Part shown: piece by piece, positions 50,355 to 62,863 of the stretch
Layout: each line of letters opens with the position of its first letter
Numbering within the stretch: position 1 is the stretch's first letter
NCBI RefSeq assembly: GCF_030684315.1
Contig: NC_081354.1
Location: forward strand, 64,392,321 to 64,456,320
DNA from: Stegostoma tigrinum
Taxonomy: Eukaryota
Direction of reading: 5' to 3'
DNA: 64,000 nt
Position numbers and translations under genes: made by a program
Notes under the pieces: model-generated
Database searches by the model: none
Seen by the model: the letters and a program-made list of their open reading frames with translations, nothing else
Told to the model about the DNA's origin: nothing

Positions 50355-52699
50355 GCAAGTAACTGAAACATGTCACAATCGACAATACTCTACAATTGGC
50401 CTAAAACTGGCAACACACAAGTTGCCTTCTATCAAGCAGTGTCATACTTTTTGATGTTAGCTCTTCTCCTAGTATCACTTTGCCATTCATCAATATGTGA
50501 ATTTATGAACCAGTTCTGAACCTTGAGTTTCTATTTCGACTGACTTGTCTTTAAAGCATTAAGCAAATGTATTGTAACAGTACTTCACCATTCAAAGTCT
50601 TTGAAAAATTGCTAGAGAATGATTTTTCATATATCCATGGGCACTGTTCAGTGCTTTTGTGTCTTTCCTATCATTTTGATAATTGAGCCTGCAAATTAAG
50701 AATTGCAGCCAATGTGGGACTGGGGAGTTCAGTGGAGACTGACTCTTCGCCCACAGCAATCAACGTGCTAACAGCTGACTTACAAACTGATAGGTTGATT
50801 ACAAGCCTTCAGAATGGAGTCTCCCCCTGTCAGAAGCTGCCAGCCCAGCAGAAGAGGTTAAGTGGCTTTCTTTCGCTTCTCAGTAGGAGGTTGTGTGGAA
50901 AAGGAGTTCAGGGGAGTTGGTGGCAATGGCAGGGATGTGGTTTTAAAAGACTGTTGCCATTCCTCCCATTTGGGCCTTCATTTGCTCCCAGGATGTGGAA
51001 GACTGATTCCCCGGCATCACCACCCGTGATAAACAGGCAGACAGGTTGCCCTGATTTCCCAGTCAGGAAACCAGCCACTTTTCTTCCCTGCCAGAGAGGT
51101 AGGTAATTGGGCTGGTGGTGAGTTGAGACAATTAAATTTGTGAGTTGATTGACCAATATAGAGCATTAAATGTTGGCAAATTGAGAAAATCCCCAGGGGG
51201 TCCCTCTAATCCAGCACTTAATTAGTGAGAGGTGGGGTGGTGAGAAGGGGCAAGGAGTCTCTCCAGAACTAACTTATCCAATTACTTTCTGATCTTACCA
51301 CTTCTCTTGACGACAACGTGGTGGAAAAATTGCCATTCAATATCTTTACAAATTGCTTATAAAGGCTCTGAGTTTGGAGTATGATTTGCAGTTTACAAAT
51401 TGCAGCCCTTATCACACGTTGTTATCCTTATAATATGCACTTGAAAGGGCATCTTAACCTGTAGCAAAAACAAAATAGTAGTTCGATACTACCTTGTCAC
51501 ATAACCTTGAGTATCCTTTAGGTCTGTGATTTATATTCTCTCCAAGTTATTTGTGTTTCCGATGCTTATTGTTTCACATTAAATGTTATTGCAATCCAGC
51601 TCCATGAGTCTATGCATATATATGTATTGTTTGCAAGTACATAATTTTCTCAAGTATCAGCAATAGTTAGTTAAGAAATTTAGCAGAATCTATCTTGCAG
51701 TTAATAATCCCTCAGCACTTAGTGGCAGCTGCAGAGCAGAGTGTAATATGATTCCCCAGGAGACATTTTAACTTTCACCATCATGCAGACAGCTGGTACG
51801 GGGATTAACCCCACTCCTCCCCGACAGACTGTGCCTTATATTCCTTCCCAGTGTGAGAAAGGTAACACAATAGTCATGGGCTGTTGAACCTTGAAGTCAA
51901 TTGGACAAATTAATTTGACAAAGATAGACTTGAGGAAAAGTTTACACAATGTGTTTGCCACTGTAACATTGAGCAATATATTCTGGTATAAACCAGGAAG
52001 AGGCCAAAAGTGACCACCATATTGGTAGTGACACCGTAGCCTCTGCTCAATATCATAGCCACAAGCCCTGAACCTTGTCCAGGTCTTGGGCTCATTTAGT
52101 ATTACCAACAAACTATTTGGATGCTCTTTAGCATCTTACTGGATTGCTGCAGTGGCAAATTAGCTGCCTTTTCCATGGAGCTACATGGAATGGAGGGGTG
52201 AAGATGAGATTAGGCTGACATCTAGCAGAGTTTGGTGAGTCCAGAAGGAAAATTAATGCTGCATTTAGTCTTAGTGAAATAGTTTTTTTTATCTTGAAGA
52301 AGCAAAAACTCGCTTTTGCTGAAAGGCTTCCACTGATCCCTTTTAAGCCACCAAGCACTGACCCCAGAAGCAGATCCTAATTGGCTAAGATGGTGGCCTA
52401 ATGCTGACATAGTTTGGTTAAAAGACCTGCTTTGGTTGGCTGCTGTGTTATCGTAGTTCAGGTTGTGGCTGTTAGGCTTTCTAGCTCTCACCATTCACAC
52501 CCCCTCAGCTTCCACCCATCGCTTCCACAGAATTTCATACTCTTTATTCTACCTCCATGCCAACACACGCCTCTTTCACCCACCCAAGTCTATGACGACT
52601 TAAACCCACATGTCACCTCCATAATCATTCACCCAGTATTCATCATGAGCAGACCTCAACAGCAATGTATAAATGAAAAGAAAACTAAAACCAATCCAA

Positions 52700-52888
52700 G
52701 ATAACAAAGTGTGCGGCTGGATGAATACAGCAGGCCAAGCAGCATCTTAGGAGCACAAAAGGCTGACGTTTTGGGCCTAGACCCTTCATCAGAAATTTGT
52801 GCTCCTAAGATGCTGCTTGGCCTGCTATGTTCATCCAGCTCCACACTTCGTCTCGGATTCTCCAGCATCTGCAGTTCCCATTATCTCT
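52700..52888 (+). mobile_element. Fold-back PLE derivative with partly deleted right arm and 36-nt tail
   Basis: Same arms and tail (attctccagcatctgcagttcccattatctct) as 3781-4006. A hammerhead-like motif remains only on the - strand, with GAAA changed to AAAA. Confidence 0.9.
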
Positions 52889-54659
52889 AATACAGCTCCC
52901 ACTCATTCACACTCAGTACTAAAATAACACTCCATTTGTGACAGCCATTCAAAACCTTTGAATCTCTTCGGATGTTTAATCTCTGACAGAAATCAACAAA
53001 TTTGTATTCAGACCCCACATCAAAGGCAGCAAATGTTGTAATAGCTTCTTCATGCTGTCAATCACGCTGGAAATTCAGAAACCCCTACTGAGACAATTGA
53101 AGCTCTTGAAACTCTGTTAAGTATTCATCATGGCATAATATCCCTTGGAGTAACGTGACCAAAGAATTCTTCTAAAACTGCAGGGCAAGATAGCATTTTT
53201 CTTCTTCCTAATCTCCATCAGATGGGCTGTCAATCAAAGCAATTCAGGAGAGTTTTAACTCCTGACAGTTTAAGCCTATTTTAGTTTTAAAGGGTGAGGG
53301 GTTTGGTGGAAATTTTCTTAAAAATGACAGACCTTATCCACCCTTCAAGAATGTTTTATAACTACTCCATAAATTTGTAACCCCAGTGTGGATTAATGCC
53401 CTTGCAATAGGTGCTGAATGTCTGTTTGAAACTCGGCATTAGTTCAAATGGCCCAGCTGAGTTTGGATTTTCTTCCCTGTGAGATTCACAGTCTACCCCT
53501 TCTCATTGCGAGTAAAACAGTTAATCTGTCAGAGGAAGTGGGGTCAGGTATTCGGTTTCACCAGCTCACCATTTGTATAGCTCCACATGCTTTTCGAAGT
53601 TTGCAATAAATTTGGCTTTTTATGTCCAATTTTAACTGTCACACTTTTTAAGGAGATTGTCAAGTACTTCGAAAAGGTGCAAAGGAAATTTGCCAGAATC
53701 GTAGCAGAGATAACGAAATCCAGTTGTGCAGAGAAACTAGAAATTTTTATGGCAGAGTGAAAAGGCTTTTATCTTTGGGTGTGCCTGTATTAAACCTCAC
53801 AAGATGCATTTACGTAGCATCTTTAACGTCATAAATCATCCAAAAGTGCCTCTTAGGAGTGATATTGAACAAAACTTGACTGAAGCCATGTAAGGTGATG
53901 CTACTTTTAGTAACAGTACTGGAGTTGAAGAGGTAGAATTTGAAGATCAGCTTATGAAAGATAGAGAAGAGAAGAGGCTAAGAGGTTTAGAGAGCACATT
54001 CCAGAGCATGTGAACTGGATGTCTAGAGTTAGGGCTGTTGGTTCTGTTGCAAAAGTAATTAGGGAATCCCTGTGATTAATGCTAACAAAGAACCTGGATC
54101 ATGGAAATGCATTGTTCCATAACAATATTGCTTCAATAACCTCTTAAAAATGCACTTGAGCTATTTTTCACTTTCTATGCCATATGCTAATAAATGGTGC
54201 TTGATTCAAAATTGAATTGGCAGCGTTGTCACCCCAATAGCTTGAAAGAACAGCAAAGTGCCATCTTAAGAGATCTACCACTGGAAGTGCAAATTCCATT
54301 TTAATATGCAAAACATGATCTGAGAACCATGATGACCTTTTCAGTTTGGAACAATATGTGTTGTGCATACTTGGGCTATTTTCTTAGGTGTTGGTACCAG
54401 AGAAGTCTCACAATATAAGTTTTAGATTTTGTTTGTGTGGAGTTATTTACATAAACGTGAGCAAGGGGAGCATGTTGTAGAGTAGCCTTAAGCGGGTGAT
54501 TTATAGAGCAATACCAACCTGATCCTCAAACAAGTATGTGAAAGTGAAAATTAGTCACATAGATTTGTTGTTTTAAATAACTAAAAACAATTTTTTAAGC
54601 TCTTCACTTTCTTCACATGTTTATTGTGAATAGCAAGCTAATTTAGTTAATTAACATCC

Positions 54660-54997
54660 CGGTGGACGCTAGGAAGTTGTTTCCGTTAGGCGGGGAGACT
54701 AGGACCCGTGGGAAAAGCCTTAAAATTAGAGGAGGTAAATTTAAAATGGAAATGAGACGACGTCTCTTCAGCCGGAGAGTGGTGGGCTTGTGGAATTCAT
54801 TGCCACGGACTGCAGTGGAGGCCGGGACGTTGGATGCCTTCAAGGCAGAGATCGACAAATTCTTGATCTCACGAGGAATCAAGGGCTATGGGGAGAGTGC
54901 AGGGAAGTGGAGTTGAAATGCCCATCAGCCATGATTTAAATGGCGGAGTGGACTTGATGGGCCGAATGGCCTTACTTCCACTCCTATGTCTTATGGT
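54660..54997 (+). mobile_element. Young 5'-truncated CR1 3' end
   Basis: Intact 84-aa ORF2 C-terminus (TRTRGKSLKIRGG...RVVGLWNSLP), CpGs retained, tail cctatgtcttatgg. Confidence 0.92.
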
Positions 54998-55939
54998 TTT
55001 ATAATTTGGTACCATTGAACTGGCTGGAATGATTTCAGTGCTGTCTCAGATTCAATGATAGTTGTGTTGTTAGTTTGAATGTATTAATTGTAATTTACCT
55101 TTTTTTGATCAGCGTTTAAAAGGAGCTATGTTTTTTTTCAGCAAAAACAAAAATTCCATGCGACTGATCTACAGATATGCAGGAGGCTGACAATCTGATT
55201 TTCTGAATTAACATTTTCGAACATAATGTTGTCATATAAAGTTACATTTTGAACAGTTTCACAAAACATGATCACGTTTCTTTTACTACCCAGTATGCTC
55301 TGGAAAGTTTTTGCCTTGCATTCAGTGAATTCAATTTAGTGAAACGCACCTGATGAAGAACTGACCTGTTTGAGTTCTGAAGGCAAGAAATGGCACATGT
55401 GTATGAGCGACCAGCCTGAAGTTAGCTGTTTTTCTCCGTATTCAGTAACTCAGTAATTTCGGTAAATTGATTCATGGAAAAGGAATTAGTATTTTGTGAA
55501 GTATGAGTAAAGTCATACAAAGTTTGAGACCATGTTTAGAAACAATGTTCTGAAAATTCTCATACAGGTGCTCAGATTAGAATTTTTTTCAAAATTTCTA
55601 GTGAGCTACCTTCGCTGAGCTAGATAACAATTTATTTTAAACGATCATGCAGCAAATTTTCTGAGCAAATGAAATGTTTAATAATTGTGCTATGATGTCT
55701 CATGGTATAAATTGTGTGCTTTTTTTGGTAACTCTTATCTTCACCATAATATTGAAGGAAATCAATCGTCTTCGCTTTCTGCTTTTACATATATGATCCA
55801 ATGTAGATTTTCAAGCTAGAATTAGCCACTGGTACTAATTATTCACTGCTATAAGTGAAAGCATCCAATGGTTATGGTGTTGTGCAGTCGAGGGTGACTT
55901 TTGTTCTATGTGTGATATTTCTTCTTGAACTGAGCATCT

Positions 55940-56430
55940 GATTCTATATCCTCTAATCACTAGGCCTACCTTCATCTCCATAATATCATCCATCTGAAGC
56001 TAGCCTCAACCAATTTGCTGTTGAAACCTTCATCAAAGTTATTCGTCGTTCCAAGTTCAAGCGCTCAAGTTTTTACTTGTTGCTGCCTAGTGTATCTCCT
56101 GTAATAACTTTCACTCATCCAAAGCTCCTGTCCTAACACACACAATCCTTTTCAACTGTCACACCACAGCTTACTGACCTAGATTGGATTCTGTCCCAGC
56201 AAAATCTCTATTTAAATGTTATCATTCTTGCTTTGAGATCTTTCCACTTCACCCCTCTCTACTTCTATGACCACTGTAAGTCCTAAGACACTGTGCTACT
56301 TCAATTCTGGCCTCTTGTGTGTCCCCGATTTCCTTTGACTGTGCCTTCAGCAGTCTACACCCTAAGTTGTAGAATTTCGTTCCTAACACTCTCCACCTTT
56401 TAAAATGCTCCTTTTCAATTTACACCTGTG
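55940..56430 (+). mobile_element. Old L2 LINE ORF2 3' remnant
   Basis: Remnants of AYFHLRNI, ETLIHAFVTSRLD, QLIQN and L.DL.W.PV...FK (gcctaccttcatctccataatatc; gaaaccttcatc; actgacctagattggattctgtcccagc). Confidence 0.6.
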
Positions 56431-57142
56431 ACCAAATTCACACAACTTAATTTCCTCTTTTATGATTGCCACGGGGCAACCATAAACCAAAATAACCAAA
56501 TTCACTGGATAACCCAAAATGAAAAAAAGTTCAGTTTGCCACTTCTGGGAGCTTTTGATGTTAAGTCAAGTTAGCGCCAACCCAAATTACACAATGATAT
56601 ATAAAATAATAAGTCTGACTTTAAATGGTCTATACAACAGTGTTACAGTTTATGCAGCCACAAATATTTACATCACTGTCTTCCCCAGTATGGCATTATA
56701 TAGCTCTTTAGTTCCAAAATATGTTTTATTCATAAAGGGTAGGTTGGGACTCTTATCTGATAACATGTTCACATTTGAGATAGGTGGGTGTGATTATTAG
56801 CAAGACAGACTTCTATAAGTCCTCAATCCCCACAACATTTTGAATGATATGGCTTTCCAGAGTTTTTTTAATCAATCTGCCCAACCAATAACGCCCCAAT
56901 CCACGGTTTACCCATTCTGAGAAAATATCCAATTAATTAGTGTCTCTGAGCTATTTACAAGGCTTTCCAGATTTAGATCATTTTCACCAGCTTACAGACT
57001 TACTTTAAAAGCTTTAAAAGCTCCTTTCCTGCCAAACAGAAAAAAAATCCTTAAGAATTATTCTTTACTTCTCGAAAGAATTTTGTGTGGTCCTCATTCT
57101 ATAATGCTCTGCTTTTTCTTTGTGTTTTCATCTGGGCTTTTT

Positions 57143-57298
57143 CCCATCTGGTCCACCAAGGCCCTTCAGGGAAGGAACTCTGCCATCCTCATTATCTGGC
57201 CTACATGTGACTTCAGACCCACAGCAATTTGGTTGCCTCTCAATTGCCCTTTGAAATCACCGAGCAAGTCACTCGGTTGTGTCAATCACTATGAAGTC
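57143..57298 (+). mobile_element. SINE family B core fragment
   Basis: cccatctggtccac...agggaaggaactctgccatcctc..tctggcctacatgtgacttcagacccacagcaat. Confidence 0.7.
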
Positions 57299-58246
57299 TC
57301 CTCTGTTGTAGCTCTCTTCTGTGTTTGGACGTATGGCTTCTTTCTAAACATCCATCTCATTGGCAATGTTTTCAGGCCAAGAGTCAATAGACCACATGGA
57401 CTAATATTTCATATTATCCAAAAAAAATTACCATTGATCCCTTTAAAATGTAATGGAAACTCTTGGAATTCAAGGAAAACAGCATAAACAGCTTTATTGG
57501 ACATCTCCCTCTGGTTCTGTTGCTATTACTGTTTGTTTCAGCACAAAAAAGAAATCAACATAAATTCCATAAAGACACATGCAGACTCATTGACAGATTT
57601 GCATTACTGCAGCTGCTGTCGGTCAGACTGGGCCACAGCATTTCCATCCAGAGTAGATTCCAACACAAAGTTTGCCGAAGTTACACTCGTTGCAAGACAG
57701 TTGTTTATTTCCATCAATTATTTTAAAGCAGCAATAACTGGATACCTGTTGAAAGTTGGATTATTTAAAAGAAGCATATTCAATTTGGGTTTCCTTTTAA
57801 CAAGGTTAAAAAATAGATCTGCAACAACGCCTGATCTTGCAGACATCACCAAATCAGTAAAGGAGAGTAGATTAATGCTTTGTTAATGTGTGTAATTCTA
57901 TATATTTTTTTCTCCTCCACAGTCAGCCCTGTGTAGTTGTTGGATGAAATAACATGTAGGTTTAGATGTGATGCTGCTGATTAAGCATTCTGTTCCAGCC
58001 GATGTCTCCTGTAGGTACTGCATCCTATCATGAACTCTTCAGAGCTTTCGGAATAATTGTTATGTGCGTTGTTCGCACCTTTGCAAGTAAGCTGAGAGTG
58101 TTTTAAGTTTTATTCACCACTGCAACTGGAAGAAACATGAGCAGCACTTTAAAAAATGTCAGTTGTGGGGTTTACCACAAAACAGCTGGCCACCACTAAA
58201 TGGTTTTTAGCTTTTCTTAAAAAAAATTAACCTATTTTTAATAATC

Positions 58247-58346
58247 AACCTGTTCAGAGATTGCTCTAGAGGTGTGTAATAACAGTTGAGACTTGAACCT
58301 GGGCCTCCCAGTCTAGGGTAGGGACACTACCACTGTGTCACCAGAG
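58247..58346 (-). mobile_element. Short tRNA-derived SINE remnant
   Basis: The - strand reads tggtgacacagtggtagtgtccct...cccaggttcaagtc (A and B boxes). Confidence 0.5.
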
Positions 58347-58657
58347 TGGACATCATCAGTTGAAATGTGTTAGTTAAGTGCAAGCAGGAACTATCATTTA
58401 ATGTTTATTGAAGTGTGCAGCCCCTCTAAATGTTTTGCACATCCATGCATGGTAAACTGAAAGGCTGACTTGTATATGGGCTACACAAGGACTTTTGGGT
58501 TGTTGAGTAGCCATGCAAATTAAAGGTGACCATTTGTGAGTAGATATTTTAAGTAGAAATTGATAATTATACTAGTCTCCGAAGCTGTTCCTAATGTTGG
58601 TTTCAACTCCCTTACCAAGGTGGTGTCCTGCCCTTGAAAACAGCCAGTCTTGGTATC

Positions 58658-58732
58658 TAGGCTTGAAACGTCAGCTTTGCTGCTCCTCTGATGCTACTTG
58701 GCCTGCTGTGTTCATTCAGCTCTACACCTTGT
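58658..58732 (+). mobile_element. Single-arm PLE 3'-end fragment
   Basis: taggcttgaaacgtcagctttgctgctcctctgatgctacttggcctgctgtgttcattcagctctacacctt, flanked by agtctt(g/a)gtatc (58646-58657, 58733-58744). Confidence 0.85.
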
Positions 58733-59034
58733 AGTCTTAGTATCCTGAAACTTCTGGAACATGGTACTATTTTAATATCTAGGTCAGGCAAGGGGAGCCA
58801 CGATTATACTTCCCTTGAATTAACTGCTTGTTCAGCTACTTTAAAAGGTTGGTAATGGAAGGTAATTTTCAAGTCAGCTATTTAAATTAAATAAGTGATA
58901 AATTAAGAAGCTTGTCTTGCATTTTACTTACTGCTGACAGCAGCCCTAAGATTAGTTAAATTGTTGTAAGGTAAAATTTCTGTCAAAGGACACAACAGAT
59001 GTATTGAGGCATTATTAATCTGTTGGCACGTGTG

Positions 59035-60230
59035 AAAGCATAAGATGTAGCAGTAGAAAGAGTAGAATCTGCTCTGCCATTAAACAAGATCATGGCTGAT
59101 CTGATGATCCTCCATGCCACTTTCTCTCTTTTTCTCCACAAGTTTAGCATAGATTTTATTGTTAAAGAAAGAACTAGCTTCTACAATTTTCTGCAGTTTC
59201 TCTTTTAAATGAGCCATCCCTTGCTCTGAGTTTATGTCTACTGATCCTAGAGTCTCTGACAAGGGGAAACAACTACTTAGCATCTACCTTGTCAAATCCC
59301 TCAATAACCTTTTATATGTTTTCAGTAATGTTGCCTCTCATTCTTGTAAATTTCACTGAGCGTAGGCCAAACCTACTGAACCTCTCCTCATAGAAATTTC
59401 CACCTAAAGCCTGGGATCATCCTAATAAACCTTCTCTGGATTGCCTCCAACACTGGGATAGCTTTCTTTAGATAATAATGCCAAAGTGTTCACGGTATTC
59501 TAGGTATTCCTAACTAGTGCTTGTATAGTTTTGGCAAGATTTCCTTAGTTTTATACTTCATCCCCTTGGAAGAGAGGCCAGCATTCTATTTGCCTTCCCT
59601 TGTAACTGCTGAACTTGTAGGCTATCTTTTTGTGATTCATGCATAAGGACCCCAAATCCTGCTGTGCTAGTATTTTGCAGTCTTTGGCCATTAAATAATT
59701 TTCACCTCTTATACTGTTCCTGCCAAAGAGCATAACCTCCCACTTTTCCACATTATATTTCTACCTGCTCAGTTTTTCCTCACTTAATTAACCTTTCCAT
59801 GTCTTTGCAGACTCTTCATGTATTATGTACATAAATGGCCTTCCCATCGATTTTTGTGCCATATGTAACCTTGGCAATGCTTTTCTCATATAAATCATTA
59901 ATATATAATATAGTAAATAATTATGGTCTCTGCACTGATTCCTGTGGCTCTCCCATATTTGCAGGTTACCAACTTGAAATAGTGCCTTTCATCCAAACTC
60001 TGTCTCCTATTAGTTAACCAATCCTTCATCCATGCTAATATGCTAATCCCCAGCATGTTCTATTTTTCTATTTAGTAGTGTTATTTGCAGTACCTTATTG
60101 AATGTATTCTTGGAAATCCAAATATATCACACAGAATGGTTCCCTTTTATTTGTCCTGCTTTTAATTTACTCAAAGTATTCAAATAAATGTGGCAAAAAT
60201 TATTCAGCCATGCTGACTCTGCTGGATTAG
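59035..60230 (-). mobile_element. Old CR1-group fragment
   Basis: Reverse-strand ORF2 remnants (EKWEVMLFGRN; QDLG) and reverse 3' UTR (taagatgtagcagtag...agatcatggctgatct). Confidence 0.75.
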
Positions 60231-60320
60231 ATTTTTTTCCTAAAGGATTACATCCTTTCCTGTAAGCTGAAGCATTCCCATCAATAATAATAAAAAATCT
60301 TCCTGAATAGGAGGTAGTTT

Positions 60321-60679
60321 GGGGAGGTAATGGCCTATCAGTATTATTACTGGACTGTTAATCCCGACACCCAGATAACATTATGGGGACCCGGGTTTGA
60401 ATCCCACCACTGCGGACGGTGGAATCTGAATTCAATTTTTCAAAAAATCTGGAATTAAGAATCTATTGATGACCATGAATCCATTGTTGATTGTCAGTAA
60501 AACCCAACTGGTTCACAAATGCTTTTTAGGGAAGAAAACTGCCACCCTTACCTGATCTGGACAACATGTGACTCCAAGCCCACAGCAATGTGATTGACTG
60601 TGAACTGCCCTCTGGGAAATTAGGGGTGGGCAACAAATGCTGCCTAGCCAGCGATACCCGCATCCCATTAATGAATAAA
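60321..60679 (+). mobile_element. SINE family B copy
   Basis: ggggaggtaatggcct...gacccgggtttgaatccc, shared core, and tail catcccattaatgaataaa. Confidence 0.85.
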
Positions 60680-60799
60680 GAAAGAGAAGTTGTTATCTTT
60701 ATTTGCATAGTTCAAACATGCTTCGTTTTTTTCACCTTGGTTCGCAGTACATATCTTTTCCTAGCCTTTGGGGAGAATTGGCAAACAGATAAAGTCAAA

Positions 60800-61142
60800 G
60801 AATCATAGAATCCTCACAATGAGAAAACAGGCCAGGTGGCCCAATGAGTGCACACCAACCCTCCAAAGTGTATCTCATCTAGACCCATCCCCCTGGTCCC
60901 TACTCTGTAACCCTGCATTTCCCATGGCTAACACACCTGATGTACACATCCACGAACACTACAGAGTAATTTAGCATGGCCAATCCACCTAACTTGCACA
61001 TCTTTGAACTGTGGGAGGAAACCAGAGCACTCCGAGGAAACCCATGCAGACACGGGGAGAGTATTCAAACTCCACACAGACAGTTGCCTGAGGGCGGATT
61101 CAAACCCAGATCCCAGGTGCTGTGAGGTACCAGTGCTGCCTC
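60800..61142 (-). mobile_element. HE1-like SINE (older)
   Basis: tgtgggaggaaaccagagcac..gaggaaacccatgcagacacggggaga..caaactccacacagacag. Confidence 0.88.
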
Positions 61143-62863
61143 ATGCAGACCCCACAATTTTCCAGAAAACTGCGTAGGATAACAGGGGTCAAAATTTCTG
61201 CCACAGCAGAACGTTGGAGTATTAAATATACTGCACTTATATTGCAAATATAGACTATTTCCAACATGGAATGAAGCCACTCAGTCTTTATCAGTCCAAG
61301 AATGTTATCAAGCTTAATCTCACATTCCTGCTCAGTGTCCATACCCCTGTAGTGAGTAATTATACTTTAAGTATATATCAGACATATATTTTAAACGCAT
61401 TGAAAGGCTCTGCATTGACTACATTATCATGAAATGTTTTTTCAGACCCTAAATACCATGAGGACAGAAAGATTCTGTGACATCACTCCATTGATTCTGG
61501 CAATTACTTCCAACCACTGTTTCTTGTTCTTGTTTTACATTTTTTACAACAGTGATTTGATCATTCCTACCCACTGTATCTAGGCCCTTCATAATTTCAG
61601 CTCTCAGTTAATTCTCCAATCTGATTAAAGAAAAAAAACTATTTATCCAATAACTTTTAATAGCTAAAATTCACCCTTCCCAGCAACATCTATGTGCCCT
61701 TTCTGGTGTAATTCCTTACAATTTGGTGATCAGAGATATACACCACACCCTAGCTATACTTATTGTAGTGATATAAAAATTGTTTTCATTGTGGAAAGAA
61801 GGGAAAAGTAAAGATCACATTAAAAACACTGTTGCTTTATAGGGGCCAGTTTGAATCTGTAGAAAATCTTAGGCCACATCTGTAGAATTGTGTATGTTTT
61901 GGAACATTTCATTATAGAAGGGATAGAAAAGTAATGAGAAATTTGTAGCACAGATTCTCTGTTTTGTTACTTAGGGTGAACAATTAATTTATAAAGAGAT
62001 GTAATGAGTTATTTACTTTAATAACCAAAGCTGAGTTAGTTACGAGGTGATCTTCTAGACCCTTCAAGTTTATTAAGGGTTACAATTAGTAGCCCTAGCT
62101 TGCTTGCACAGGTCAATAATATGTAATGGGCAGACATGAAATTAACATGCTCACAAGTAGCATTAAAGGAAAGGTTAATTTTTTAAAAAAAATCTTGGTA
62201 CAGTCTTGGGGAAAAGTACTTTGCCCCCGTAGAGAATCTTTACCAAGAAAAAACAATTTTTCCCTTTACTGTGTACATGTTTGTGTATTTCAAACTATAA
62301 AAAGGAATAACTGGTTATATTTGCATATTACAAACGAAGTGCATTGCTCAGTATTGCATCTTCATTGAATTATTATAAAATAAACCTTATTCAAAAACGT
62401 TATCTCTGTTGAAGAAACTTGATTGGATCTTTTTTCATTTCAATTTGAGTCATACCATCATGATTGGGATCAGTTTGAGTCTTGGACCAAAGTTCAAATG
62501 ATTTAAAAAAAAACGCCATGATGTATTGAAGTTGGCAGAGCAAATTGACAAATCAATTATCCAGAATATTCCCTATTGTTTCATCACTCGGATTTCCACT
62601 TGCTGTAGTGAAGAAGTATGAAAAGAAGCATAATGGATTTAATTTGGGGATATAACATTAATAGCAGCCAGAGTGTGGAATAGGATTAGAGTTACAGCAG
62701 CTTCAAGCCAACCTGCCAATTTGCCCTTCCTTTGAGCATGCCTTGTCTTTTGTCCTGACATCATTGACTTAACTCAAATATTTTAGTGTCATTTCTGTGT
62801 TACTTCACTGTGCAAGTCAAAATGTTTCGTGCTGTAAAAGATTATTGTACATTCAGAGATAAT

